DNA of 64,000 nt, taken from NCBI GenBank assembly GCA_033852135.1, contig JAWSVB010000001.1:1309-65308 (forward strand), written 5' to 3'. This DNA is from Gammaproteobacteria bacterium. GTDB taxonomy: Bacteria; Pseudomonadota; Gammaproteobacteria; QZLD01. The translations under genes and the position numbers were made by a program. The notes beneath the pieces are model-generated. The model saw nothing but the letters and a program-made list of their open reading frames with translations, was not told the origin of the DNA and made no database searches. Of this stretch, positions 1 through 9,857 are shown piece by piece (position 1 is the stretch's first letter; the number at the start of each line of letters is the position of its first letter).

Positions 1-231
1 CTACATCAAATTTGTTATAAAATACCAGATTACTTACAATAACTTGAGCCGTAACAAAGAAGGTACTTACTAGATATTGCGAAATTTACGCCGGCATAAT
101 TATTTTCTAACGATTACTGCAAGCCTCTGATCAATTTTAACAACTATAACCACTTTTATTATTGACTGCTTTATCAAGCCCCATGCCTGCCATATAAAAA
201 TTAGTTTAAAGCTAACATTATTAATTAATTG

Positions 232-915
232 TTATAAATCTAGCTCTTCAATATGCCTGCACTTTGGAAACCCATTACACCCCCAAAAACTCTCCCCTTT
301 TTTCTTGCCATTACGCGCCTTTTTAATAACCATATTGGATAAACACTCTGGGCACATTTTTATTTGCTTTTTATCTACCCCAAGTAAGTCTGTAACTTCA
401 GTTGTTTTTTTACTTTCACCGTTTTCTGGTAAAAAATCAGCAAATATTGATCTAATCCTTTTTATTGAATATGCACGTTTAGCATCTACCTGAATGAGTG
501 GCATATTAGCTGCTTCACAAACATCTCTTAAAAACTCATCTCTTTTCTTTCTTTCTGGAGTCTCGTGAGAGCTATCGTTTAATTCAACCACGCACAGCAC
601 TTTCAAATTATTTTTATCGCATAAGACAAAATCAAAATGTTTTGCTGAGATCTTATTAAAAGCACGCTGACGATCAGATTTATTTATCCCTTTAACTGTT
701 GTTATTACATCTGCAACTCTAACTTTTCCGAAAACATTAAGATCTGCACCAACTGATTTTATCAACACCCCTAAAAATGATCTTTCTGCGATAGTAAAAA
801 GACTGCCACTTTTTTGATAGGGCATGTCATCATGTCTATTCGACTTATTAGCATTTAAAAGAAATAAAAAACAAATAACAGCTACAGCCATTATAGATAA
901 TGCAACAGCTAGCAT
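232..915 (-). CDS. Membrane-anchored DUF2726-like (PD-(D/E)xK / Vsr-like nuclease fold) protein with C-terminal topoisomerase-type C4 zinc ribbon
   Basis: N-terminal TM helix LAVALSIMAVAVICFLFLL. Core HFDFVLCD...VVELNDSSH...RDEFL resembles DUF2726. C-terminus CPEC-x20-WGCNGFPKCRH fits the zf-C4_Topoisom pattern. Confidence 0.6.
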   Translation of the reverse strand: MLAVALSIMAVAVICFLFLLNANKSNRHDDMPYQKSGSLFTIAERSFLGVLIKSVGADLNVFGKVRVADVITTVKGINKSDRQRAFNKISAKHFDFVLCDKNNLKVLCVVELNDSSHETPERKKRDEFLRDVCEAANMPLIQVDAKRAYSIKRIRSIFADFLPENGESKKTTEVTDLLGVDKKQIKMCPECLSNMVIKKARNGKKKGESFWGCNGFPKCRHIEELDL

Positions 916-1097
916 AATTAACGCAATCCTTAATCAACCCGCAATAACAAACAAACACATTGGGTGCGATAATACATGTTTTGCTTATATTATTGATACT
1001 GGGGTTTATCCTAACAAGGATATTTTTTATTCGACATAACCTACACACCGACAAATAATGCCGGTGATTTTTTTAGCTTTGAGGGGATTTTTCTATA

Positions 1098-1727
1098 CTA
1101 ACTCTCTGAAAATAACTCAGAAAATTCATTTAAATTAGTAACCGATACTTCTAGATCTTTGATAGTTCCATCTTTAATGCTATATATCCAACTGTGAACA
1201 GCCAACTCTTGCCCCGACTTCCATGCATTCTTAACTGTAGTTGTATTACAAACACTCTTTACTTGCTCTATAGCATTTAGCTCGCACATTAGATCCTGCC
1301 TTTCTCTTTCTGAAGGCAGCGAATCCACTTCATCTTTATGCGATAGATATACATCTTTAATATTTCGCAACCAATTATCGAGAAGACCATGCTCGTTATC
1401 ATCTAAAGCTGCATTTACCCCACCACATCCATAATGCCCACAAATTACAATATGCTTAACTTTTAAAGCTTCTACTGCATATTGAATTACTGACAGACAA
1501 TTAATATCTGTATGCAGAACAAGGTTTGCAATATTACGGTGAACAAAAATTTCACCAGGTAGTGCACCAACAACTTCATTGACTGGCACTCTACTATCAG
1601 AGCAACCTATCCAAAGACATTCAGGGTGTTGCTCATCTGCTAACCGTTCAAAAAATAACGGATCAGTTACCTTAATTTCATCAGCCCAGTCTTTATTCTT
1701 TTCAAAAAATTTGTCTAACATTTTCAT
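1098..1727 (-). CDS. can: Beta-class carbonic anhydrase
   Basis: Zinc-ligand motifs WIGCSDSRVP and ICGHYGCGG; 209 aa. Confidence 0.9.
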   Translation of the reverse strand: MKMLDKFFEKNKDWADEIKVTDPLFFERLADEQHPECLWIGCSDSRVPVNEVVGALPGEIFVHRNIANLVLHTDINCLSVIQYAVEALKVKHIVICGHYGCGGVNAALDDNEHGLLDNWLRNIKDVYLSHKDEVDSLPSERERQDLMCELNAIEQVKSVCNTTTVKNAWKSGQELAVHSWIYSIKDGTIKDLEVSVTNLNEFSELFSES

Positions 1728-1913
1728 AAATTATTTGCCACGAAGTTTATGCATCTACAATTACAAAGGATATCAGTAATTACACATTATACCCACTAGA
1801 TTTATTTTCAAAATTGCTTTCTTAAGAGGGATAACCTTGGCCTTAAGCCACAAAACACCCCCAGAGTTACACACTGTTACTTCGACAGTATACTTTACTC
1901 GCAAAATCATCAT

Positions 1914-1941
1914 AAAAAAAAGCCCCCATAAGGATGGAGGC
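1914..1941 (-). terminator. Rho-independent terminator after the collagen-like gene
   Basis: Minus-strand RNA reads GCCUCC-AUCCUUAU-GGGGGC followed by U8. Confidence 0.6.
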
Positions 1942-1994
1942 ACAATAACAGCCTTATTAGCTAGGTATAAATAAGGCTTGGAGGAGTCAAAAAA

Positions 1995-3020
1995 CTAGAA
2001 TTGGACTTGATGGTCACCAGCTATATCTGTTGTATTTATATACTGAGTAGATCCTGTTACAAATAGACGGTAATCTTTTGTCCAATAATGAGCAGTTGAA
2101 TATAGCTCTACTTCTATAGTCAAAGTTGAATTTGCCGCCACAGGAATCTGTATCCAATCAACAAAATCACCAGAATTTGAAGATGCAATAACATTACCTT
2201 GCTCATCTTTAATAACCAAATCAAAATCATCCAGAGTGTATTCAGGAAGAAGTAATACAGTAATATATTGGGCTGCATCAGAATTAACTGTAAAGGCATC
2301 TAACTCAGAGTAAGGGTAGCTTATATAGCCTTCCACCATAAATGATGTATCGTTATCAGTTTTATTTTTTGCATAATCTTCATCATAATTTTCAACTAAA
2401 CCATACGTGCGCACACCACCTAAATATGGGACATCTACTGTTCTTACCTCTACATCGTTGTCAACATAACTGCCGTTAGTATCTGTAGCGTAACCATGAG
2501 CACCAACTGGGCCTAGTGGGCCTAGCGGGCCTAAAGCACCTAGGGGACCTACAGGACCTAAAGATGTCCATACGCCTCCAGCTTGTAACTGTTTGCTGAA
2601 GTCATTAATTGCTGGTAAATCATAATTATAGGCTTGGTTTCCTAAAGGGCCGTTTGGACCAAGAGGTCCTGCTTCACTTAAAGGTCCATCATGCTCTGAC
2701 ATATCATCAGCCCAATCAGACCAATCGCCAACAGCACTTATCCAATATGAAGAATTCCAAGTATTATCACCAATTGGACCCAGTGCACCCAAAGGACCAT
2801 ATGAGCCAATTGGTCCGTAATAACCAAGGGAGCTATCATCATCAAGATAGTCTTCAGCATTTGAAGGGGTATTAACAGCTGGAGTTACTGAAACAAGGCT
2901 TTGATTTAACATCTCTACTGAACGAGCAGATACATAATAATCAGTAGCGAAAACAGATGCCGAAAAAGTAAGGGTTAGCGCAGCAATTACTGCCATTTTT
3001 TGTGCAAATTTAAATTTCAT
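1995..3020 (-). CDS. Secreted protein with short collagen-like Gly-X-Y runs and a PPC-like C-terminal beta domain
   Basis: Signal peptide ending SASVFA|TD. Gly-X-Y runs are GPLGALGPIG, GPLGPNGPLG and GPVGPLGALGPLGPLGPVGAHG. The C-terminal region DFDLVIKDEQGNVIASS...TLTIEVELYS resembles a bacterial pre-peptidase C-terminal domain. Confidence 0.65.
   Translation of the reverse strand: MKFKFAQKMAVIAALTLTFSASVFATDYYVSARSVEMLNQSLVSVTPAVNTPSNAEDYLDDDSSLGYYGPIGSYGPLGALGPIGDNTWNSSYWISAVGDWSDWADDMSEHDGPLSEAGPLGPNGPLGNQAYNYDLPAINDFSKQLQAGGVWTSLGPVGPLGALGPLGPLGPVGAHGYATDTNGSYVDNDVEVRTVDVPYLGGVRTYGLVENYDEDYAKNKTDNDTSFMVEGYISYPYSELDAFTVNSDAAQYITVLLLPEYTLDDFDLVIKDEQGNVIASSNSGDFVDWIQIPVAANSTLTIEVELYSTAHYWTKDYRLFVTGSTQYINTTDIAGDHQVQF
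2509..2562 (-). repeat. Six tandem 9-bp units encoding Gly-X-Y triplets
   Basis: Units are gggcctagt gggcctagc gggcctaaa gcacctagg ggacctaca ggacctaaa. They sit inside the 1995..3020 CDS. Confidence 0.7.
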
Positions 3021-3167
3021 TAATATTGTCCAATTAAAATAAGTTGTTGCTAATATTGCGATATACTAGTCACCTCGACTAGTTATGTCAACACTTATAT
3101 ATGTAATTCAGTACATATTAATGAATTCAATGCTGCGACAGCACATTTATTCTTTTCAAATACTTAG

Positions 3168-4268
3168 CTAATTATCACCAGCTAGCCTTTGCACCATACG
3201 CATAACAGCGCCTAGTTGCGCTCCATTTTTTGTGGCATAGTTCAATCCCTCTTTATCAACATACCCCCAAAAATCATAACAAGAACGAGGGTTAAACGGT
3301 TTAGTGCTTTTCTTTAGCTGGGGATATAACACAACAATATTATTAGAATCAGCAATTCGGTTAAAACCAAGAGTATCCACAAGAGTTCTCCCTATTTTTT
3401 TATATGGAGGGTTGTCGTGCTCAGGGTTATCATTTTTTGCATCCTTTGGAACTACGCCATACCCTTGTTGACACCCGTGAAAGAAAATATGAATACGGCA
3501 TTTTTCGGTCTTACACTGGTTTGGAATATAAACAAAACCTTTTTCTGCCATACTATTTAACTCATCACCAAAGAACTCAGTTTGATTGAACTCTATTAGT
3601 TCACCAGTAACATTATCTGCAGCAGGCTTAATGCTTTTAAATAGATAAGTCATCATCTCCTGTGCCCCATTATATTTACAATCACTAATCCATGGTGGCT
3701 CAGTATCAACCTCGCACTTATTCCCAGCCCCATTAGTTGGAAATGCATGACCTGCATCTTTAATTATTTTCAAACCAATATTTTCTTTTTTAACCCCCGC
3801 AAGCTGATACCATAATTGAGTTTTATTGGCTGCTTCCACTTTTACAGTTGGATCTTTATCACCATGATAGATAAAGACTTTATCGTTATGCAGGTTAGAA
3901 ATACTATCGATCTTACTTTGGGCTTCAAGCTTCCTAGCTTCCTGCACTAACTCTTCAATATAACTATCAGTTAAGCTATTAGCTGAGGAGGAGCACTTGC
4001 TAACTGCAGAGCCAAGATTACCCATAGCACATAAATATGGTCCAGCAGAAAAGATTCCTGCTCCAGAAACTTGGTTGGAAAAAGCAATATGGAATTGTCC
4101 AGCCATAAAACCACCGGATGAAAGCCCAGAAACCGTAATATTATCTGCATCTGCCCCAATTGCTGGAAGAGTTTGATATATCCATGATTTAGGTATAAAT
4201 GTCATGCTGACAAGTAATAAGAAAACAAGAAGTATTCGAATTTTTGATAGCAGCACTTTATTTTTCAT
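3168..4268 (-). CDS. Secreted esterase of the PHB/PHA depolymerase family, catalytic-domain type 2 order
   Basis: Signal/TM segment, then lipase box VSGLSSGGFMAG near the N-terminus. HGDKDPTV and DAGHAFP follow. The HGC (FFHGCQQG) and CYDFWGY motifs lie near the C-terminus. The start overlaps the upstream permease stop by 4 nt. Confidence 0.7.
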   Translation of the reverse strand: MKNKVLLSKIRILLVFLLLVSMTFIPKSWIYQTLPAIGADADNITVSGLSSGGFMAGQFHIAFSNQVSGAGIFSAGPYLCAMGNLGSAVSKCSSSANSLTDSYIEELVQEARKLEAQSKIDSISNLHNDKVFIYHGDKDPTVKVEAANKTQLWYQLAGVKKENIGLKIIKDAGHAFPTNGAGNKCEVDTEPPWISDCKYNGAQEMMTYLFKSIKPAADNVTGELIEFNQTEFFGDELNSMAEKGFVYIPNQCKTEKCRIHIFFHGCQQGYGVVPKDAKNDNPEHDNPPYKKIGRTLVDTLGFNRIADSNNIVVLYPQLKKSTKPFNPRSCYDFWGYVDKEGLNYATKNGAQLGAVMRMVQRLAGDN

Positions 4269-5626
4269 ACCCCCCTCCTTGCACTAAGGTTAACTGCATA
4301 GAATCCTATTAAGAAAGTAAAAACCGAGCTAAAAACAAGATATTCCCCACCATTACCATTTAAATTCCAAAGCCCAGTAAACATTTGTCCTACTGCCGAT
4401 AACAATATAACTACCTTCATAAGAACAAAAAATTTATGCAGTAATAAGTAAAACCATTTTTTTATAGTTTGTTTTATTTGATTTGGATTGATACTACCTA
4501 CACCAATTTTTTCGAGGTCACGTAATTTACCAACAATTCCAAAACGGAAATAAAACACGCTGAAGATATAAAACAGTCCAATATATAATGCCCAGCGATT
4601 TTTGGTAAAAAACAATCTAATTGGAACAACATCCTTATATTCTTCAAGAATATAAAATGGATCCGTCAATACCATCTGCATTTTTTCTGGGAAATCTGAT
4701 TGAAATAACACATCAAGATAAGAACTTAAGTAGTTTTCCATTAGAACTATAACCACAGCACCAATTACAGATCCATATATAGAGCCTTTCCCTCCAACCA
4801 TTACAACAATAAGGATCATCAGCATTATCTCTATATCTAGAAATGAGTTGGGGACGGCAATTTTAATCCAACTGGCATAAATTACACCTGCAATAGTTGC
4901 AATTACAGCTGCAAGAATAATCGCAACTCCCTTATATCTATTTGCGCGGAAACCTATAGCACTGCAACGAAATTCGTTCTCTCTAACAGCTAGTAGCACC
5001 TTACCAAATGGTGAACTTACAATTCGCAGCATAAAGATAAGCAAGGCTAATGTTATAAAAAAGATTAAGTAGTAGGCATACACCCGATATTCACTTCCGC
5101 CAAAAACTTGAATCTTTGCAGTAAGCAGCCCCGGCATTCCTTTATCGAAAGTCAAACCATCTAATCCCCCAGTTACTTCGGATAGTTTCACTACAAAAGA
5201 TTGAGCCCCAAACGCAAATGCAAAGGTAACCAAGGTAAAATAAATATTTTTGACCCGAATACCCACCAAAGCCAATAGTCCAGCTAAGATGGCAGATATT
5301 AATCCTGCAGAGATCAATGCTAAAAACAGATTTCCCCAGCCGGGGTCTGCATTCCGCATGATTATGGCTAATGCATATGCACCAATAGCAAAAAATACGC
5401 TATGACAAAGGGATATTACTGCTGTATAACCAATCAATAGATCGTAACTTGCTCCTAGAATAATAAATACCATTATCTGTACTGCAGCTTTCATTGCGCG
5501 TTCGCTATGATTTATGCCCATCAGTTCAAAGATAAATGGCGCTCCAAGTAATACCAAAAAGATCAAACCAAGAACAATAGCTAAAGCCCTACTCCCAATT
5601 TTCTCTCCAGAAAGAGATCTAATCAT
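4265..5626 (-). CDS. ABC transporter permease, LivM-like (branched-chain amino acid type), with extra C-terminal helices
   Basis: Multi-TM protein. The GGKGSIYGSVIGAVV motif is typical of the LivH/LivM family. 453 aa with an additional two-helix tail of about 75 aa. Confidence 0.8.
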   Translation of the reverse strand: MIRSLSGEKIGSRALAIVLGLIFLVLLGAPFIFELMGINHSERAMKAAVQIMVFIILGASYDLLIGYTAVISLCHSVFFAIGAYALAIIMRNADPGWGNLFLALISAGLISAILAGLLALVGIRVKNIYFTLVTFAFAFGAQSFVVKLSEVTGGLDGLTFDKGMPGLLTAKIQVFGGSEYRVYAYYLIFFITLALLIFMLRIVSSPFGKVLLAVRENEFRCSAIGFRANRYKGVAIILAAVIATIAGVIYASWIKIAVPNSFLDIEIMLMILIVVMVGGKGSIYGSVIGAVVIVLMENYLSSYLDVLFQSDFPEKMQMVLTDPFYILEEYKDVVPIRLFFTKNRWALYIGLFYIFSVFYFRFGIVGKLRDLEKIGVGSINPNQIKQTIKKWFYLLLHKFFVLMKVVILLSAVGQMFTGLWNLNGNGGEYLVFSSVFTFLIGFYAVNLSARRGV

Positions 5627-6791
5627 TATGATTCTCCCCTACTGGATTGAGGCCTTCTGGACGCCAGAGCAATATCACAATCATCACTAAAACTGCCGAC
5701 ATTCCTCCAGCCAAAGGGGGATAAATTCCATTCATATAGTTTTGTGCAAGCATTAATAGCACTGATCCAATCAGACACCCCTTGATTGAACCAAGACCAC
5801 CGATAATCACCGCAACCATAACAACAAGAATGAGGTCGTCTGATACAGCAAGAGATACTGAACGATTATTCAATGAATACAAACTACCACCAATAGCTGC
5901 ATATATATTTGCCATGACAAAAACAAGAAGAAAAATAGTTTTAACTTTGTAACCAAATGCTTCGACCATCTCTTTATTCTCAACTCCAGCCCGCACCAAT
6001 AAACCAAAGCGAGTTTTAATTAGCAATAAATGAGTAAATATGAAAATGAATAGGCCGACACCTCCTGCAAGCAATCTGGAATATAAAATTCCAACCCCGC
6101 TATCCCAAGACTCAAACAGAGTTAATTGCCCTCTAAGAAACCATGGTTTCCAGACACGAGGAGTACTCCCCCCATAAAACACCATTAATATCTCAATCAT
6201 TACTACCGCAACACCTAGGGTAAGCAATATCTGCGCTGGCTGATCACCATATACCTTACTGATTACGAATTTTTCATAAAACCATCCAGCAAATGCTAGC
6301 GCTGCAGCAGCAAAAGCAAGACCGGCAACTAATAAAGCCACAGAAGTTGGCCAACTTGCTCCATAAAACATCCCTTTTGTTGCTACAACAGTTTTCTCTA
6401 CAGGTGGAATAACTCCAGGTACAGGTGTCCAGTAAACAGTTTCAACCACTTCTGTTAATTTGTTTACCTTGAGAATGAAGTGCCAACATATAAAAGATCC
6501 AAAAGCGATAAATGCTCCATGAGCAAGATTAATCACCCCAATAAGCCCAAAAATCAATGTCATACCAGATGCTAAAATAAATATTAAAAACCCCATTGTT
6601 ATTCCAGCAAGGGTTAGCTCTAACCAGTTTTTACTCCAGTTTGAAAAAATCAAGAAATAACTTATATCTCCACCTGACTGCAGCAGCTGTATTAAAAGCC
6701 CTATAAAATATGCGCCCAAAGATAAATATAAAAAAACCAGAGTATTTCTACTTCTGAATATAGATTTAAGAACACCTTGTTCCATACCCAC
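5619..6791 (-). CDS. ABC transporter permease, LivH-like
   Basis: Multi-TM protein with INLAHGAF and IGGLGSIKGCLIGSVLL motifs. 390 aa with an insertion of about 70 aa relative to typical LivH. Confidence 0.8.
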   Translation of the reverse strand: MGMEQGVLKSIFRSRNTLVFLYLSLGAYFIGLLIQLLQSGGDISYFLIFSNWSKNWLELTLAGITMGFLIFILASGMTLIFGLIGVINLAHGAFIAFGSFICWHFILKVNKLTEVVETVYWTPVPGVIPPVEKTVVATKGMFYGASWPTSVALLVAGLAFAAAALAFAGWFYEKFVISKVYGDQPAQILLTLGVAVVMIEILMVFYGGSTPRVWKPWFLRGQLTLFESWDSGVGILYSRLLAGGVGLFIFIFTHLLLIKTRFGLLVRAGVENKEMVEAFGYKVKTIFLLVFVMANIYAAIGGSLYSLNNRSVSLAVSDDLILVVMVAVIIGGLGSIKGCLIGSVLLMLAQNYMNGIYPPLAGGMSAVLVMIVILLWRPEGLNPVGENHND

Positions 6792-6917
6792 TCCATTATT
6801 ATTAGAATAATTATTATTTTATTTACGACTAAGTTATTCGTATAACCAAATAAGCAATAGTGCCAAAAGTAATGGTTTTACTTATTTACCTATAAATAAT
6901 CGGAATATAAGAAACTA

Positions 6918-9209
6918 TTACGGTTCTAGCGCCCCAACTGCAGGGTTAGTCATACCCCTTATTTTTCCATCGAAATCTAAGTCAAATCTAAAATCGGTAA
7001 AGATATCGCTTGGAAGAACATCACTTATGTCGGCGCCACTTGCAGATGCATAACTATTACCCAAAGGGGTGTAGTTTTCGGTAACAGGGCTAGAAAAAAT
7101 TTGACCTAAATCTTCCTCGATCACCTCACTATCTACCAGTTCCCACCCATATTGATTTCCCTGGCACCACATTAGACCTGTATATATATTATTATTTCTG
7201 TCAACTGTTGCCCCATTAGGAGGACAAAATCCATCGAGAATATTATTTTTAACTATAAAATCTGCTCCGTAGTTTCCAAACATAAGTGATGTTGATGGTT
7301 CACTGTTTATAAATGTATTATTTGCAACAACCCATGTTCCACTAGATTCATTACCAAATTCAGCTACAGCTATTCTACTTTTTGCAGCATCTACAATATT
7401 GTTATAAATAGTTATATTATTGCTTCGCTGTAGTGTCATATATCCTAGCGAATCATGAATATAGTTATTTGCTATCAAAATATCATTAGACCACAGGTAA
7501 ACTGTTATGGTATTTGCATGACTTCCACTGCAGCCACTTATTTCGTTATTTATTATTGAACTTTGATCGGCATAATAATAACGGATACCTGTCTGCCCCG
7601 GCTTATAAACCACGTTATTTTTGATTGTCGATCTAGTGGGATTACTTAAGAATATCCCAGCATGCCTTACATTTTCAGCAACCCGATTCGAATCAACAGA
7701 GCAATCATTACATCCATATATAAATATGCCTCCATACCCACGAGTAGCATGCCGATTAAATCTAATTTGATTATTTCTTATAACCACTCCATCTATTTCT
7801 GCACCTTGTGTTACAGAACCTATTCCAACACCGTGGATAAGTTCGCTTCCCGTATAACGCTGTACCTTTAGCCCCTGTATCGTTATATAACTCTGGCGAT
7901 TGATATTTATTCCAAAATTTCGCGCAGAATACCTAATCGAATTCCTATTCATAACTCCACCTAAAGGCCATAAATATGTTTTACGAGTGCCATCCTGCTC
8001 TAAATCATGAGCGATTGAGTACTCACCCGGGTTATCTATTTGCTGCACACCATTATAGATAGAATACTTTCCTTCGCGATCATCATATGGCGGGGCATCA
8101 GTTTCTGCATATGTAATAACATGGTTTACTGTGTCGTAAGAATCTATCTTGCGGAACTCAACTCGATTATGCGTCACCCATAAAAGGGCATAAGCATCTT
8201 GCCAAAAAGTAGAACTTAATGCCGAAAAAAACGCTGGATCAGTTAGTGTTGTTAACGTTTGTTCCCCAATATTTATCGAGTGATAATTATCAATATCATC
8301 AATATAAAAAGGATCTGGCATATCTGGTTCCTGAGATACCGCCAGCATCTCTTCACCTTGAAATAGGTTAGCGACTAATGCACTAACTTCTGCGGCATGT
8401 TCAGCGGGAATGAAGCTATAATAAATATTTTGCCAATTAGAGTTACCACCGCACTCAACTTGTGATTCGCATTGAGACCATCCGTTCAGATACTCCCCCC
8501 CCTCCATAATGACCTCTTCCCCAGCATATGCAGAAAAAGTTATGGGAGCCTGCTGCTCTCCGCTTTGCGATAAGGTTACTGACTCTTTGTACTCTCCAGC
8601 GCGGATATAAATAGTGTCACCTGGCTGAGCAACAGATGCAGCTTGTGCAATAGAACACCAGGCATTGTTTATAGCATTATCTTCCCTAGCAATACTATCA
8701 CTGCAATCACCACAGATATTTCCAACATCTACAAAAAGGATATTTTCCTCTTGAGGTTGAATACATGAATGTAGAGATGATGATTCCTCAGTAGTAGCCG
8801 GTCGTATTGCCGTGTAGTCTGAAAAATCAACGGCATTAGATGCACGCAAGCGAAAATAATATTCAGTCGATGCGATAAGCCCAGCTGCAACATATGTCTC
8901 TGCATCAGAAGCAACAATAGCTATCTGTGAAAAATTATTGGCATCAATACTGCGCTCAACCAATATATTAGTAGCTGTACTACCTACATATTCCCACTCA
9001 AGCTGAATGGAATCACTTCCCAAAGCTCGAGCAACTAGATCCTGCGGTACAGCTAAACTTGATTGTTGTTGTCCACCCTGCTCTCCACCTGCCTGATCAC
9101 CAGCTCCAGCATCAGAACCACCACCTCCACAATTAAACTGCAGAAAGAGTAAAACAAAAATTACTGTAATTCGTAGATATCTTAAATGGGGGGTTCGGTG
9201 CATATCCAT
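6918..9209 (-). CDS. Putative lipoprotein with Gly/Gln-rich linker, FN3 domain and right-handed parallel beta-helix repeats
   Basis: N-terminus LLFLQFNCGGGGS is lipobox-like. The FN3-like segment is SIQLEWEY...YYFRLRASN. Repeated NNxI/V beta-helix turns include IRNNQI, IKNNVV, IINNEI, IANNYI, IYNNIV, VANNTF and VKNNIL. Confidence 0.65.
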   Translation of the reverse strand: MDMHRTPHLRYLRITVIFVLLFLQFNCGGGGSDAGAGDQAGGEQGGQQQSSLAVPQDLVARALGSDSIQLEWEYVGSTATNILVERSIDANNFSQIAIVASDAETYVAAGLIASTEYYFRLRASNAVDFSDYTAIRPATTEESSSLHSCIQPQEENILFVDVGNICGDCSDSIAREDNAINNAWCSIAQAASVAQPGDTIYIRAGEYKESVTLSQSGEQQAPITFSAYAGEEVIMEGGEYLNGWSQCESQVECGGNSNWQNIYYSFIPAEHAAEVSALVANLFQGEEMLAVSQEPDMPDPFYIDDIDNYHSINIGEQTLTTLTDPAFFSALSSTFWQDAYALLWVTHNRVEFRKIDSYDTVNHVITYAETDAPPYDDREGKYSIYNGVQQIDNPGEYSIAHDLEQDGTRKTYLWPLGGVMNRNSIRYSARNFGININRQSYITIQGLKVQRYTGSELIHGVGIGSVTQGAEIDGVVIRNNQIRFNRHATRGYGGIFIYGCNDCSVDSNRVAENVRHAGIFLSNPTRSTIKNNVVYKPGQTGIRYYYADQSSIINNEISGCSGSHANTITVYLWSNDILIANNYIHDSLGYMTLQRSNNITIYNNIVDAAKSRIAVAEFGNESSGTWVVANNTFINSEPSTSLMFGNYGADFIVKNNILDGFCPPNGATVDRNNNIYTGLMWCQGNQYGWELVDSEVIEEDLGQIFSSPVTENYTPLGNSYASASGADISDVLPSDIFTDFRFDLDFDGKIRGMTNPAVGALEP

Positions 9210-9321
9210 GCCTTTATTATTATGGTTTTATCTTTTAAATTTAAACCAGAATACATAAATCCACGGGGCATCGGTATTAGACAAAGGTAGGGTAAAACTA
9301 ACCCTATAATAATTTTTATAA

Positions 9322-9367
9322 CAAAAAAGACCAAGACCGATTGGGGATACCCAACCGGTCTTGGTCT
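9322..9367 (-). terminator. Rho-independent terminator after rplS
   Basis: A 17-bp near-perfect stem AGACCAAGACCGGUUGG/CCAAUCGGUCUUGGUCU is followed by U6 on the minus strand. Confidence 0.8.
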
Positions 9368-9480
9368 CTATAATACTTGCTCTCGAAAGCCATCTTGATA
9401 AAAATCTATTAACAAAGAGATGCTAATAAAATTTTCTATCTAGGCTATGCTCCAAATAACTGGGGCATTCAAAAAGAGGT

Positions 9481-9825
9481 TTATACCTTCTCTTTAATTC
9501 TTGCAGCTTTACCACGTAGGTCACGTAAGTAGTAAAGTTTAGCGCGACGAACATCACCACGACGCTTAACTGTAATGCTGTCAATCATGTGGCTGTAAGT
9601 TTGGAAAACTCTTTCAACACCTTCACCGTAAGAGATCTTACGTACTGTGAAAGCTGAGTTCAGACCACGGTTTTTAATTGCGATAACAACACCTTCAAAA
9701 GCCTGTAGTCTTTCACGATCGCCTTCTTTAACTTTAACTTGAACAACAACAGTGTCACCAGCAGCAAATGCAGGGATCTCTTTGTTCATCTGTTCTTTTT
9801 CAAGTTCCTGGATGATGTTACTCAT
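9481..9825 (-). CDS. rplS: 50S ribosomal protein L19
   Basis: Clear L19 sequence; last gene of rpsP-rimM-trmD-rplS. Confidence 0.97.
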   Translation of the reverse strand: MSNIIQELEKEQMNKEIPAFAAGDTVVVQVKVKEGDRERLQAFEGVVIAIKNRGLNSAFTVRKISYGEGVERVFQTYSHMIDSITVKRRGDVRRAKLYYLRDLRGKAARIKEKV

Positions 9826-9857
9826 TTTCTTAAACCTCTGTGTGTTTACCGTATCAA

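Noticed and set aside
824-1054. Two overlapping small ORFs (824..1039 plus, 848..1054 minus) between the DUF2726 gene and can.
   Set aside because: They are mutually antisense and low-complexity. They overlap the 5' end of the DUF2726 gene and its promoter region, and there is no support for coding.
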